A stretch of 63,947 nucleotides of DNA, counting the filler, from Licmophora abbreviata (Eukaryota), in assembly GCA_900291995.1 (NCBI GenBank). It is 20 parts of 20 records of this genome, joined end to end, with 100 filler letters (N's around TTAATTAATTAA, not from the genome) between each part and the next. Parts side by side here need not be neighbours in the genome. Positions count along the whole stretch, not along the records: positions 20,698 to 22,517 come from OLMU01001866.1; positions 22,618 to 26,478 come from OLMU01001867.1; positions 26,579 to 28,388 come from OLMU01001868.1; positions 28,489 to 31,822 come from OLMU01001869.1; 16 more parts are not named here. One strand, given 5' to 3'. The position numbers and the translations under genes are program-made. How positions within the stretch are numbered: position 1 is the stretch's first letter; each line of letters starts with the position of its first letter. Below are positions 20,731 to 31,922 of this stretch, piece after piece. Under the pieces are notes generated by a model that saw only the letters and a list, made by a program, of their open reading frames with translations, did no database searches and was not told where the DNA came from.

Positions 20731-20811
20731 GAAACCTGCCCTGCGGGCAGAGCCCCCGAAACCTGCCCTGCGGGCAGAGCCCCCGAAACCTGCCCTGCGG
20801 GCAGAGCCCCC
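20731..20811. repeat. Tandem repeat, 27-bp unit GAAACCTGCCCTGCGGGCAGAGCCCCC x3, each with an internal hairpin
   Basis: Copies at 20731, 20758, 20785; stem CTGCCC-TGC-GGGCAG. Confidence 0.95.
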
Positions 20812-20864
20812 GCCTCCTGTCCTGCAACCCAATTCCCCGAAGCCAAACCCGCGATCCTCCCCCC

Positions 20865-21361
20865 ATGCTGACCGACACCATTCTCGAAGATGACCGCTGG
20901 CAGGCGCTCGATCTGCCCGGCCTCGCCGAAACCGCCGCCGCGCGGCGCTGACCCATCTGGGCCTTGCCCCGGACACTTGGGAAATCGCCATCCTCGCCTG
21001 TGACGATGCGCGCATCATGGCACTCAATGCCGATTTCCGCGACAAGCCGGTGCCCACCAACGTGCTCAGCTGGCCCGAAACCGATCTCGCCCCCGACATT
21101 CCCGGCGCCCGCCCCGAGGCGCCCGCGCAAGCGGGTGACGACGCGCCCACGCCGCTCGGCGACATTGCCATCGCCTGGGACACCTGCCAGCGCGAGGCCG
21201 ACGCCGCGGGCAAGCCGCTGCCGGACCATGTGACGCATCTGATCGTTCATGCGGTGTTACATTTGCTCGGCTATGATCACATCCGTGACCAAGATGCCAC
21301 TTTGATGGAAACAACCGAAGTGGCGATACTTGGCAAACTGGGGGTCCCTGACCCATATTGA
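20865..21361 (+). CDS. ybeY: rRNA maturation endoribonuclease YbeY with an apparent 1-nt deletion near 20940
   Basis: [12 protein letters not shown].., [36 protein letters not shown]. Confidence 0.9.
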
Positions 21362-21404
21362 CTGCATTGGGGTGCCTGCACCCCGCCAACGGACACAAGA
21401 GACG

Positions 21405-22295
21405 ATGGGCGACAGTATAGACGAGTCCTCTAACGCGGCGCAAAGCGCGCAGCCTCAGAGGCATGATGATGACGACGAACCAGCCGGGTTTTTCCGCCGG
21501 ATCATCGGGGTCTTCTCCCCCGGTGACGACACCCAGACCGATGAGACCCGATCCGATGCCTCGGCCGCGGGCGCCATGCCCGGGCTGCGCAACCTGCGCG
21601 ACATGGCGGTGGAGGATGTGGCCATTCCCAAGGCCGATATCGTCTCGGTCCCGGTCACCATCTCCCGCGATGAACTGGTCGATGTCTTCCGCGAAAGCGG
21701 CATGACCCGCCTGCCGGTCTATGAGGGCACGCTCGACACCCCCATCGGCATGGTCCATCTCAAGGATTTCGCCCTGCGCCACGGCTTCAACGGGCAGTCC
21801 AGCGCCTATTCGCTGAAAAAGATGCTGCGCCCGCTGCTCTTCGTGCCACCCTCCATGCCGATCGGCGTGCTCTTGCAGAAGATGCAGACCGACCGGCGCC
21901 ACATGGCCCTCGTGATCGACGAATATGGCGGTGTCGACGGTCTCGTGACCATCGAGGACCTGATCGAACAGGTCGTCGGCGAGATCGAGGATGAACATGA
22001 CGTGGACGAGGATCAGTATTTCGTCCGCGAAAGCCCCGGCAGCTATCTCGCCGTCGCCAAGACCCCGCTCGACGAGTTTCAGGCTGAAACCGGCCTGTCG
22101 CTGACCGACGCCGAAGAGGTGGACGAGGAAGAGATCGACACCCTGGGCGGTCTCGTCTTCATGCTTCTGGGCCGTGTCCCGGTGCGCGGCGAGGTGGTGG
22201 AACATCCCTCCGGCGCCTCGATCGAGGTGATCGACGCCGATCCGCGCCGGATCAAGCGCCTGCGTGTGCGTCTTCCCGACCACAAGGATGCCTGA
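21405..22295 (+). CDS. corC: HlyC/CorC family CBS-domain protein
   Basis: [46 protein letters not shown]. Confidence 0.9.
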   Translation: MGDSIDESSNAAQSAQPQRHDDDDEPAGFFRRIIGVFSPGDDTQTDETRSDASAAGAMPGLRNLRDMAVEDVAIPKADIVSVPVTISRDELVDVFRESGMTRLPVYEGTLDTPIGMVHLKDFALRHGFNGQSSAYSLKKMLRPLLFVPPSMPIGVLLQKMQTDRRHMALVIDEYGGVDGLVTIEDLIEQVVGEIEDEHDVDEDQYFVRESPGSYLAVAKTPLDEFQAETGLSLTDAEEVDEEEIDTLGGLVFMLLGRVPVRGEVVEHPSGASIEVIDADPRRIKRLRVRLPDHKDA

Positions 22296-23968
22296 CACCC
22301 GCCTTGCCGGCCTCGCGGCATGGGCCGCCGGTCTGCGTCCGCGCAACCGTCTGATCCTCGGCGCGCTGATCGGCGCGCTGGCCGGGCTGGGGCAGGCGCC
22401 CTGGGGGCTTTGGCCGCTGACAGTGGCGGGTCTCGCTGTGCTCTTTGCGATCTTCACCGCAGCGCCCACATGGCGCCGCGCGGGGTTTCTCGGCTGGGCG
22501 GCGGGCACCGGCTATTTNNNNNNNNNNNNNNNNNNNNNNNNNNNNNNNNNNNNNNNNNNNNTTAATTAATTAANNNNNNNNNNNNNNNNNNNNNNNNNNN
22601 NNNNNNNNNNNNNNNNNGTTTCTCGGCTGGGCGGCGGGCACCGGCTATTTCATGCTCTCGCTCAACTGGATCGTTGAGCCGTTCCTCGTGGATGTCCCGC
22701 GCCACGGCTGGATGGCGCCTTTCGCGCTTGTCGGCCTCTCGGCGGGGCTGGCGCTTTTCTGGGCGGCGGGCTTCGCGCTGGCGCGTGCCGCGGGCGGTGG
22801 GGCGCTTGCGTGGGTCGCCGCGTTGCTCCTGTCCGAGGCCGCGCGCACTTATCTCTTCACCGGCTTTCCCTGGGCGCAGACGGGCCATGCCCTGATCGAC
22901 ACCCCCTGGCTCTTTTGGGCGTCATGGGGCGGTTCTCTGATGCTGACGGCGATCACGCTTGCGGCGGCGGCAGCGCTCTGGCGTGCGGCGACAGGCCCGC
23001 GCCCGGCAGCCCTCGTCGCACTCACGCTCATTGCCGCGCTGCATGGGGCAGGGGCCGCGCTGACGCCTGCCGCACAACCCACGCCTGACGCGCCTCTGGT
23101 GCGCCTGATCCAGCCCAATGCCGCCCAGCATCTCAAATGGCATCCCGACCACACCCGCACCTTTTTCGAGCGACAGATCGCCTTCACCTCCGCGCCACCG
23201 GACGGGCAAACCGCGCCCGCCGCGCGCCCCGATCTGATCGTCTGGCCCGAAACCGCGATCCCCGTGCTGCTCGAACGTGCCGGTCCGGCCTTTGACGCGA
23301 TCTCGGCAGCTGCAGGCGGCGCGCCCGTGGTTCTTGGCCTGCAACGCACCGATGAGTTGCGCTATTTCAACTCTCTGGTGATGCTCGATGCCTCGGGACA
23401 GGTGGCCGCCCTCTACGACAAGCACCATCTTGTTCCCTTCGGCGAATACATCCCCTTCGGCGATTTTTTCGCCCGCTTCGGGATCACCGCCTTTTCCGCC
23501 CAGGCGGGCAACGGCTATTCCTCGGGGCCGGGCGCGCAGGTGATCGGCCTCGGCGATCTGGGCCTCGCCCTGCCGCTCATCTGCTACGAAGGTGTGTTTC
23601 CTCAGGACGTGCGCGCAGCACCCGCGCGCCCCGACATGCTTTTGCTCATTACCAATGACGCGTGGTTCGGCACCCGCTCGGGCCCCTATCAACATCTGGC
23701 GCAAGCCCGCCTGCGCAGCGTCGAACAGGGCCTGCCGATGATCCGTGTCGCCAATACCGGCGTCTCGGCGATGATCGACGCGGCGGGTCGTGTCACCGCC
23801 TCGATCCCTCTGGGGCAGGCGGGGTGGCGCGATGCCCCCTTGCCGCCGCCCTTGCCCCCCACCATCTATGCCCGAATCGGCGATGGTCCGGCCATCGGCG
23901 TCGCACTGTTGCTGCTCGCGCTGTCATTCTTGCGCAACAGGTCTGCGGCGCGCTCAGATAGCGATTGA
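22288..23968 (+). CDS. lnt: Apolipoprotein N-acyltransferase, split by linker (contig ends overlap by 33 nt)
   Basis: TGFPW, QPN, WPETA, YDKHHLVPFGEYIP, LICYE, TNDAWFG, ANTGVS. Confidence 0.95.
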
Positions 23969-23993
23969 CGCGCCTCCACAGGCCGCTTAACCA
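23965..23993 (+). promoter_or_regulatory. Putative sigma70 promoter of metK
   Basis: TTGACG-N17-TAACCA, placing a start just before the riboswitch. Confidence 0.55.
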
Positions 23994-24002
23994 CTGACGC
24001 AC

Positions 24003-24048
24003 CCGTCACAACGGCTTCCTGGCGTGACGGCTGACATACAATGGAGCA
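24003..24048 (+). ncRNA. SAM/SAH riboswitch
   Basis: CCGTCACAACGGCTTCCTGGCGTGACGG...ATGGAGCA matches the Rhodobacterales SAM-SAH motif; loop CTTCC can pair with the GGAG RBS; 8 nt upstream of metK. Confidence 0.92.
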
Positions 24049-24056
24049 CTCTCATC

Positions 24057-25235
24057 ATGTCCCGTGACAATTACATCTTTACCTCCGAATCCGTTTCGGA
24101 GGGGCATCCCGATAAGGTCTGTGATCGGATTTCGGACGCCATCCTCGATGCTTTCCTGGCCGAGGAGCCCAACGCCCGCGTGGCTGCGGAAACCTTCGCC
24201 ACCACCAACCGCGTCGTCATCGGCGGCGAGGTCGGACTTCAGGATCAGGACCGCCTGCGCGTCTACATGGACCGGATCGAAGACATCGCTCGGGCTTGCA
24301 TCCGGGACATCGGATACGAGCAGGACAAGTTCCACTGGGAAACCTGCGAGATCACCAACCTTCTGCACGAGCAATCCGCCCATATCGCCCAAGGCGTGAC
24401 CGGCGAACGCGGTGACGAAGGCGCAGGCGACCAGGGTATCATGTTCGGCTATGCCACCAACGAGACCGACGCGCTCATGCCCGCCCCGATCCAGTTCAGC
24501 CACGCGATCCTGCGCCGGCTGGCCGAGGTGCGCAAATCCGGCGTCGAACCCTCGCTGCGGCCCGATGCCAAAAGCCAGCTCTCGCTGCGCTACGAAAACG
24601 GCAAGCCGGTCGAAGTCATGCAGATCGTGCTCTCGACCCAGCACGAAAGCGAAGCCCAGACCAGCGACGACATCCGCGCTATCGTCGAGCCTTATATCCG
24701 CGAGGTTCTGCCCGCCGAATGGATCACCGCCCGCACCGAATGGTGGGTCAATCCGACCGGCACCTTCGTGATCGGCGGCCCTGACGGCGACGCGGGCCTC
24801 ACTGGTCGCAAGATCATCGTCGACACCTATGGCGGGGCCGCTCCGCATGGTGGCGGCGCGTTTTCCGGTAAGGACCCGACCAAGGTGGACCGCTCGGCCG
24901 CTTACGCCGCGCGCTATCTCGCCAAGAACGTGGTCGCCGCAGGCATGGCCGAACGCTGCACCCTGCAGCTCTCCTATGCGATCGGCGTGGCCCGTCCGCT
25001 GTCGATCTACGTCGATACCCACGGCACCGGCGATGTGCCGCCCGCCAAGATCGAAGAGGCCGTCGCCAAGGTCATGGACTTGACCCCGCGCGGCATCCGC
25101 GACAAGCTGGAGCTGAACAAGCCGATCTACCAGCGCACCGCCGCTTACGGCCATTTCGGGCGCGAGCCCGATGGCGATGGCGGCTTCAGCTGGGAAAAAA
25201 CCGATCTGGTCGATGCGCTGAAAAAAGCCGTCTGA
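24057..25235 (+). CDS. metK: S-adenosylmethionine synthase
   Basis: [28 protein letters not shown]. Confidence 0.98.
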   Translation: MSRDNYIFTSESVSEGHPDKVCDRISDAILDAFLAEEPNARVAAETFATTNRVVIGGEVGLQDQDRLRVYMDRIEDIARACIRDIGYEQDKFHWETCEITNLLHEQSAHIAQGVTGERGDEGAGDQGIMFGYATNETDALMPAPIQFSHAILRRLAEVRKSGVEPSLRPDAKSQLSLRYENGKPVEVMQIVLSTQHESEAQTSDDIRAIVEPYIREVLPAEWITARTEWWVNPTGTFVIGGPDGDAGLTGRKIIVDTYGGAAPHGGGAFSGKDPTKVDRSAAYAARYLAKNVVAAGMAERCTLQLSYAIGVARPLSIYVDTHGTGDVPPAKIEEAVAKVMDLTPRGIRDKLELNKPIYQRTAAYGHFGREPDGDGGFSWEKTDLVDALKKAV

Positions 25236-25262
25236 TCCGACCCGTTTACGTGGCCCAAAACC

Positions 25263-25348
25263 GGAGTTGTGTCCAACATGGACACAACTCCTTTCTTTTG
25301 CCCCCGGTTTGGTCCTGAACGCGTGTAGGTTTCGTACGAACCCTACAC
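25263..25348. repeat. Intergenic palindrome cluster (two hairpins)
   Basis: GGAGTTGTGTCCA-ACA-TGGACACAACTCC (25263-25291) and GTGTAGGTTTCG-TA-CGAACCCTACAC (25323-25348). Confidence 0.7.
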
Positions 25349-25408
25349 ATCGCCCCCGCTCCGTGAGGGGGCTTGCAGCCCGCCCCCGATCTGGTGCATC
25401 TGGTCCCC

Positions 25409-26122
25409 ATGAGCACCGAAAAACACCCCTCAGGCGCCCCGTGGCGCAACTTCTATGGCCGCTTCAAGGGCAAGGGCCTGCGCCCGTCTCAACAGACCTA
25501 CCTCGACGAGGATCTGGCGAAACTCTCTCCCGGGCCGGTCGATTGGGACGTGAACCCCAACCGCGAACCCCTTGATCTAAAATCTCTTTTTGGGGATCGG
25601 GATATCTGGCTCGAGATCGGTTTCGGCGGCGGCGAACACATGGTGCATCAGGCCGTGGGCAATCCCGACATCGGTCTCATTGGCTGCGAGCCTTATATCA
25701 ACGGCGTGGCCATGCTTCTGGGCAAGATCCGCGACAGTGGCGCACAAAATATAGCGGTTCACCCCGGCGATGTCCGCGATATGTTTGATGTTCTGCCCGA
25801 AAATTCCGTCTCCCGCGCCTTTCTGCTCTATCCTGACCCATGGCCCAAAAAGCGCCACCACCGGCGCCGTTTCGTCACGCCCGGATATCTTGAGCCTCTG
25901 TCCAGGGTATTGAAATCAGGCGCTATTTTCCGTGTCGCCACGGATATTCCCGACTATGTGCGCCAGACCCTGGAAGAGGTGCCGCGCCATGGCTTCACAT
26001 GGCAGGCCGAGCGTCCCGCCGATTGGCGGGAGCCGTGGAATGATTGGATTTCAACACGTTACGAGCAAAAAGCCCTGCGCGAAGGCCGCCGGCCCCATTA
26101 CCTGACTTTCGTGAAGACCTGA
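25409..26122 (+). CDS. trmB: tRNA (guanine-N7)-methyltransferase
   Basis: LEIGFGGGEH, GCEP, YPDPWPKKRHHRRR, ATD, TRYEQKA. Confidence 0.95.
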   Translation: MSTEKHPSGAPWRNFYGRFKGKGLRPSQQTYLDEDLAKLSPGPVDWDVNPNREPLDLKSLFGDRDIWLEIGFGGGEHMVHQAVGNPDIGLIGCEPYINGVAMLLGKIRDSGAQNIAVHPGDVRDMFDVLPENSVSRAFLLYPDPWPKKRHHRRRFVTPGYLEPLSRVLKSGAIFRVATDIPDYVRQTLEEVPRHGFTWQAERPADWREPWNDWISTRYEQKALREGRRPHYLTFVKT

Positions 26123-26148
26123 CGCCAAGCTCTTGATTTGGCCGCATA

Positions 26149-27432
26149 TTACGCCGCCAGCTTGTCGCCCAACCGGCCCAGCATATCGACGCATTGCTGC
26201 AACTGATCCAGCGAGACATATTCATCCGGCTTGTGCGCCTGCTCGATCGACCCCGGCCCACAGACCACCGCCGACATTCCATAGCTCTGAAACAACCCCG
26301 CCTCGGTCCCGAACGGCACCAGATCGGCGGTGTTCGCTCCGGTAAGTTCCATCAGTATGTCCTTGGCTTCATTGACATCTGCGGGTTCCAGCCCCTCCAC
26401 CTCGCCGATCACCTCGGTCGTGATCGAGGCATCAGGACAGACCGCGCGCATCGCCGGAAGCAGCACATCATTGCAATANNNNNNNNNNNNNNNNNNNNNN
26501 NNNNNNNNNNNNNNNNNNNNNNTTAATTAATTAANNNNNNNNNNNNNNNNNNNNNNNNNNNNNNNNNNNNNNNNNNNNAGCAGCACATCATTGCAATACT
26601 CCCGCAGGCTGTCCTTCACATATTGCGCGTCCTCGGCCTGCACCGGGCGCATCTCCCATTCCAGCTTGGCGATCGACGCAATCACGTTATGCGCCACACC
26701 CCCCGACAGACTGCCGGTGTTGATCGTCGTCCAGGGCGGGTCGAACCGGCTTGTCGCCGGCGCCCGGCTGCGCAAGTCGTCCTTCAGTTCCAGCAGGCGG
26801 CTGACATAGCGCACCGCGTATTCCACCGCGTTCACGCCCCGATCCGGGGATGAGCCGTGGCCCGCAAGCCCATGAAAATGCGTGGTATATTCATAGCATC
26901 CCTTATGCCCTTCGATGATCCGCATCGAGGTTGGTTCGCCGATGATCGCCACGCCCGGGCGAATGCCGCGCTGCTTGAGACTTTCCACCAGAGCCTGTCC
27001 GCCAAGGCATCCCACCTCTTCGTCATAGGTGAAGGCAAAATGGATCGGCCGGTCCCGCACCCGCTCGGCGAAATAGGGCGCCATCGCCACCGCCGCCGCG
27101 ATGAACCCCTTCATGTCACAGGCCCCCCGCCCATAAAGAAGCCCTTCATGTTCGGTCATCTCGAACGGGTAGCTGGCCCAGTCCTGCTCATCCACCGGCA
27201 CCACATCCGAATGGCCCGACAACACGATGCCCCCATCAACTTCGGGTCCTATCGTGGCGAAAAGATTGGCTTTATGGCCGATTTCGTCGTGGAAAATGTC
27301 CACCTTGGCACCTTCGCTTTCCAGCCGGTGCGCCAGATAGGCGATCATGTCCAGATTGCTGAATTCCGAGACGGTGGGAAAGGCGATCAGATCGCCCAAA
27401 AGCGCAACGGTATCAGAGAATTGTGTGCTCAC
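26149..27432 (-). CDS. argE: Acetylornithine deacetylase (M20 family), split by linker (contig ends overlap by 20 nt)
   Basis: LSGHSDVVP, GRGACDMKG, DEEVG, GEPT, GTEAG, QAHKPDE. GTG start after GAGG; alternative start 27495. Confidence 0.88.
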
Positions 27433-27748
27433 TTCGGCCTCGTGGAAATGTCGGAAAACCTGCGCGACTGTGTTGGTATGCTTGCTATGCGTCAACCCAA
27501 ATCTGGTGATGTCTCAGCGTCCAAAGGCCGTGTTGCCCCTTTGGCGGGCGTGCCATGTGGCTTGTGCCAAGGATCAGGGCGTCGCGAAAATCCCCGCCAG
27601 AACCCACGATATCTGCTCTCAGACGTGCTATTTGGGGGGTGTTGGAAAAAAATGACTAGAAGTTGAGCAAGGAAAATAGTAGACACTTAAGATATGTATA
27701 TGACCCCGCATCAAGACGGGGCTTCACTTGAGGTAGAGTGGTGCGGTT

Positions 27749-30700
27749 ATGAGTATTGGTTACGTGACCCGTTCGAATACGGGACCCTTGGTTCGTGGCG
27801 ACGTCGGAAATGACGCGGATGTCACGATCATTCCTGTCGGGAGCGGGCAGGAAATCTCCCTGAACCTTAGACAATTCGAAATTGAAACCTATCGTCGCGA
27901 AGGCCCGGCGCTCGAGATCACCCTGGCGGATGGCCGGGTCATCGTTCTCGACGGGTATTTCAACGCAGCAGGGACGCCCCAGTCGCGGCTCTTCATCAGC
28001 GCCGATGGCTACCTTAACGAAGTCACCTTGATCGAGGGCCAGCAAGGCGCGCTTTACGCCCAATACGGTCCGACCGAGATCTGGGGCAAATGGAGCCCGT
28101 CGGACGACCTGATCTTCCTCGACAGCGCCGAAATCGCAGCACCCGCCGGTGAAGCCGGCGAAGAAACCGTGTCGATGCTTGGCGCGGGCCTTCTGGGCGG
28201 TGCCGGTCTTCTGGGTGGTGCCGGCGCCGGTGCCGGGGCTGCGGGCCTTGCGGCCACGGCTGTGGCGGCTGGTCTTGTGACAGGCGTTGGCGGTGGCGGC
28301 GCGGGCGGCGGGGGGGTTCCCGGCGGCGTGCCTGGCGGTGGTGGAGCACCTGGCGACACGCTGCCGCGGATCGAGCCCCTGGTCAACGNNNNNNNNNNNN
28401 NNNNNNNNNNNNNNNNNNNNNNNNNNNNNNNNTTAATTAATTAANNNNNNNNNNNNNNNNNNNNNNNNNNNNNNNNNNNNNNNNNNNNTATCTCGATCGG
28501 TGGGGATGGCGCGGAAAACGGCACAATCACCATTACGGGTCGTGCCGAGCCCGGCTCGACCGTGGTGGTCGAGATCGGCGGCAAGACCGTTGAAACAACC
28601 GCCAACCCGGACGGCACATGGCAGGCAGAGTTCGGCGGTCCGAATTTCCCGCCCGATGGCGATCACGGTGTGACCGTGACCGTGACCGAGCTCGACGGCA
28701 CCGCAACCGTGCTGGACGGGCCGGTGATCATCATCGACACGACGCCCCCCGATGCCGCCGTGACCGACGGGCTCATGTCCTCGGGTCACGTGGTCAATTC
28801 CGCGGATTACGATGATAATGTCGATATTTCCGGCACGGGCGAGGTGGGGGCCACCATCACCGTGACCATCGGCACCGCCACCGGCTCGACCGTTGTGAAC
28901 GAGAACGGCGACTGGACCGTGTCGTTCGAGCCCGGCCAGCTTCCCGATGGCGATTACGACGAGGTTGTGACCATCGTCGCGTCCGACACTGCGGGCAACA
29001 CGACCACCCTGACCGAGACGATCTCGATCGACACGATTCATCCCGGCCTGACAATCAACGCCAGTGCCGTGGGCAATCGCGGCGTGCTCAACGGCGATAT
29101 CGCCCGCAACGAAGGGTTGATCGTCACCGGCACCTCCGAGCCGGGAACCACGGTCACCGTATCGATGCATGGTCAGACACAGCATGTTCCTGCCGGTGCA
29201 AGCGGCACCTGGCGGGCCGAGTTCGATCCCTTCGCACTGCCCGACACGCAGTTCGATGCCACCATCACCGCCGTCACGCAGGATGGCGCAGGCAATGTCA
29301 GCCGCACTTCCGAGACGATCCGCGTCGATCTCGAAGTGCGCGACCTCACGCAGGAGGGCACGCCCGGCGGTCAGGATGGCATGATCAGCGGGTCCGAGAT
29401 CTCGGGCGGCTTCGCTCTCAACGGCACGGTAGAGCCCAACTCGAACTCGGTCGTTCTGCGCTTCATGGGCGCCGTCGTGACTGCCGATCTCGATGCTTCG
29501 GGCAATTGGAGCGCCGAGTTTTCCGGGGCGCAGATTCCGCCCGGCAGCTATCAGGAAGACGTGACCATCACCGCGACGGATGGCGCGAACAACGTGCGCG
29601 CGATCACGCGCAGCATTTCGGTCGATACCGAGGCGGGCACCCTGACCCTGAATGGTGACGCGATCGGCACGCAAGGCGTGATCAACGCCACTGCCTATCA
29701 GAACGGTGTGATCGTGTCGGGCACGGCGGATCCCTTCGCCAATGTGGTCGTCGATCTTGACGGGGTGGAATTCACCGTTCGGGCCAATAGCGCCGGTATC
29801 TGGCAGCAGCGGTACGACATGCAGGATCTCACACCGGGTCGGCACAATCCCGTCGTCTCGGCGACCATCACCGATCCTTACGGCAACAGCGACACGGTCA
29901 GCCGCACCCTGCTGGTCGATACCCGTGTCGATGATCTGCAACTGACCCCGCCGCAATTCGCCACCACCACGGATGGGCGCAATGTTCTGAACGCCGAGAT
30001 CGTGCGCAGTGGGTTCGACATCTCCGGCACGATCGAGCCGGGCTCGATCGTCTGGGTGGATATCGACGGCGTCAGCCGGCAGGCGGTCGTGGACGGTGAC
30101 ACCTGGACCGTGCGCTTCGGCCCCAACGCGATCCCGCCGGGGCAGCGCCCCGGCACCCTGACCGTGTCGGTCGAGGATCCCGTGGGCAACATCTCGGAAC
30201 TGACCGAAACGATCTTCATCGACACCGTGGTGCTGGACATGGCCCAAGGCCCGACGACCGGCGCCATCAACGGCGTGGCCAATATCGCCGCGGTGCAAGG
30301 CGGGTTGGAGATGACCGGCACCGCCGAGGCCAATTCGCAACTGCGCATCCAGATCTTCGGCCGGACCTACCGCACCTCCAGCGACGCCAATGGAGACTGG
30401 ACGCTGACCATCCCGCAAGGCGATGTGCCGCGCACGGAAACCACGGCACAGGCGACGATCACCGTCACCGATCCTGCGGGCAACGTGGACACGATCCCCG
30501 GATCGATCACGATCGACATGGTCGCCCCCGGCGAAGCCGAAATCGTTGGATATTTCCGGCAGGGCGGCGGATATCGCTATATCACCACCGAAACGGGGGA
30601 TGATCCGGTCTCGGTGCATCAGGTCGGCGCCGATGGCAGTGTCAATGAAATGGCGCTCTATGCGGATGAAAACGCCTTCTTGGGTGAGACGGATCACTTC

Positions 30701-31105
30701 TTCCTCAATCAGTCGGGTCAGGCGCAATCCATCCCCGACGGCTCGCAACTGGTGGTCACGACGACCGATGCCGCGCAGAACACCTCCAGCACCTATCTTG
30801 TGCTGGACGAGGTCAATACCTCGACCGTGAACCTGGCCAATCCCAATCTGGCCGATTTCCAGATCGAGACGGTCGATCTGCGCTTTGCAGATCGCAGCCA
30901 GTTGACCATCACCCAAGAACAGCTTCGGGCGCTGTCGGACAATTCCGACACGCTGCAAATCGAAGGTGGGACGGACGACACGGTGATCATCACCGGGGCG
31001 CAAAAGGTCAATGGCGGCGCGCTCGAGCCACAGGGCTACGATATCTACACGCTTGGTCAGGATGCCACGATCATCGTCGACGAAAAGATCGACATCGTGA
31101 CCTGA
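27749..31105 (+). CDS. BapA-like large repetitive T1SS adhesin (prefix domain, Gly/Ala linker, at least 7 Ig-like repeats), split by linker 28389-28488
   Basis: N-terminal LEITLADGRVIVLDGYF prefix-type motif; ~95-100-aa repeats with G(T/R).EP..V.V, W...F and D.AGN; C-terminal LQIEGGTDDTV..IIVDEKIDIVT; followed by TolC/ABC/HlyD. Confidence 0.85.
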
Positions 31106-31181
31106 CGAACAAGACCTTGGCGCGCGTGGGCTTTGTCCCCATGCGCGCCACCAACCATAAAAAGCTACCGATCAAGGGGCA

Positions 31182-31822
31182 ATGATGGGGCAGAGGGACG
31201 GAATCCAGCGGTGGGGCGCGTGCATGATTGCCGCGCTGACGCTGAGCGGGTGCATGTCACCCGACGCAGGCGGCGATGGAACGACCGGCGAGACATCTCG
31301 CTTCATGGGCGGTCTGTCGGGTCTTGGCGCTCCGGGCGATGCCGATGAAGCCGCCCGCGCCGAAGCCGCAGCCTCGCCCGTCATCAGCGCATTGCAGGCC
31401 CGGCGCAGCGTCATTCCCCCAGGCAGTCCCTATGCCAAGATCGTCGATCCGGTTCTGGCCGCCAACAGCCGCCCCGCCGAGGCCGAATTGCGCAGCGCAC
31501 GGCTCAGGGCGCGGGCCGCCTCCAAGAACTGGCTGCCCAAGATCGGCCCCAATATCAGCCTCACCAGCCTCAGCGACGTGATCGCGCAGCTGGTCGTGGA
31601 ACAGGTGCTCTTCGACAATGGCCGCAAGAAGGCTGAACGCGCCTTCGCCAAGGCCGATGTCGAGGTCGCCGCCGTCACACTGGCTGAAGATACGAACGAT
31701 CGGATACGCACCGCCCTTAGCCTTTATCTCACCGCCATGAAGGCGCGCGAGCGCCGGGTGCTGGAAGAGCAGACCCTCAAGGACATGGAGCATTTCGAAT
31801 GGGTGATGTCCGAGCGCGTCTC
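31182..31822 (+). CDS. TolC family outer-membrane protein, 5' part
   Basis: Lipobox LTLSGC, WLP, VEQVLFDNG. Confidence 0.8.
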
Positions 31823-31922
31823 NNNNNNNNNNNNNNNNNNNNNNNNNNNNNNNNNNNNNNNNNNNNTTAATTAATTAANNNNNNNNNNNNNNNNNNNNNN
31901 NNNNNNNNNNNNNNNNNNNNNN

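Noticed and set aside
20731..20811. Possible mini-CRISPR (palindromic 27-bp repeats containing GAAAC)
   Set aside because: Units are head-to-tail with no spacers, and no cas genes are in the window.
22485..22650. 33-nt direct repeat inside lnt (and a 20-nt one in argE, 26459-26598)
   Set aside because: Copies flank a linker exactly; they are overlapping contig ends, not target-site duplications.
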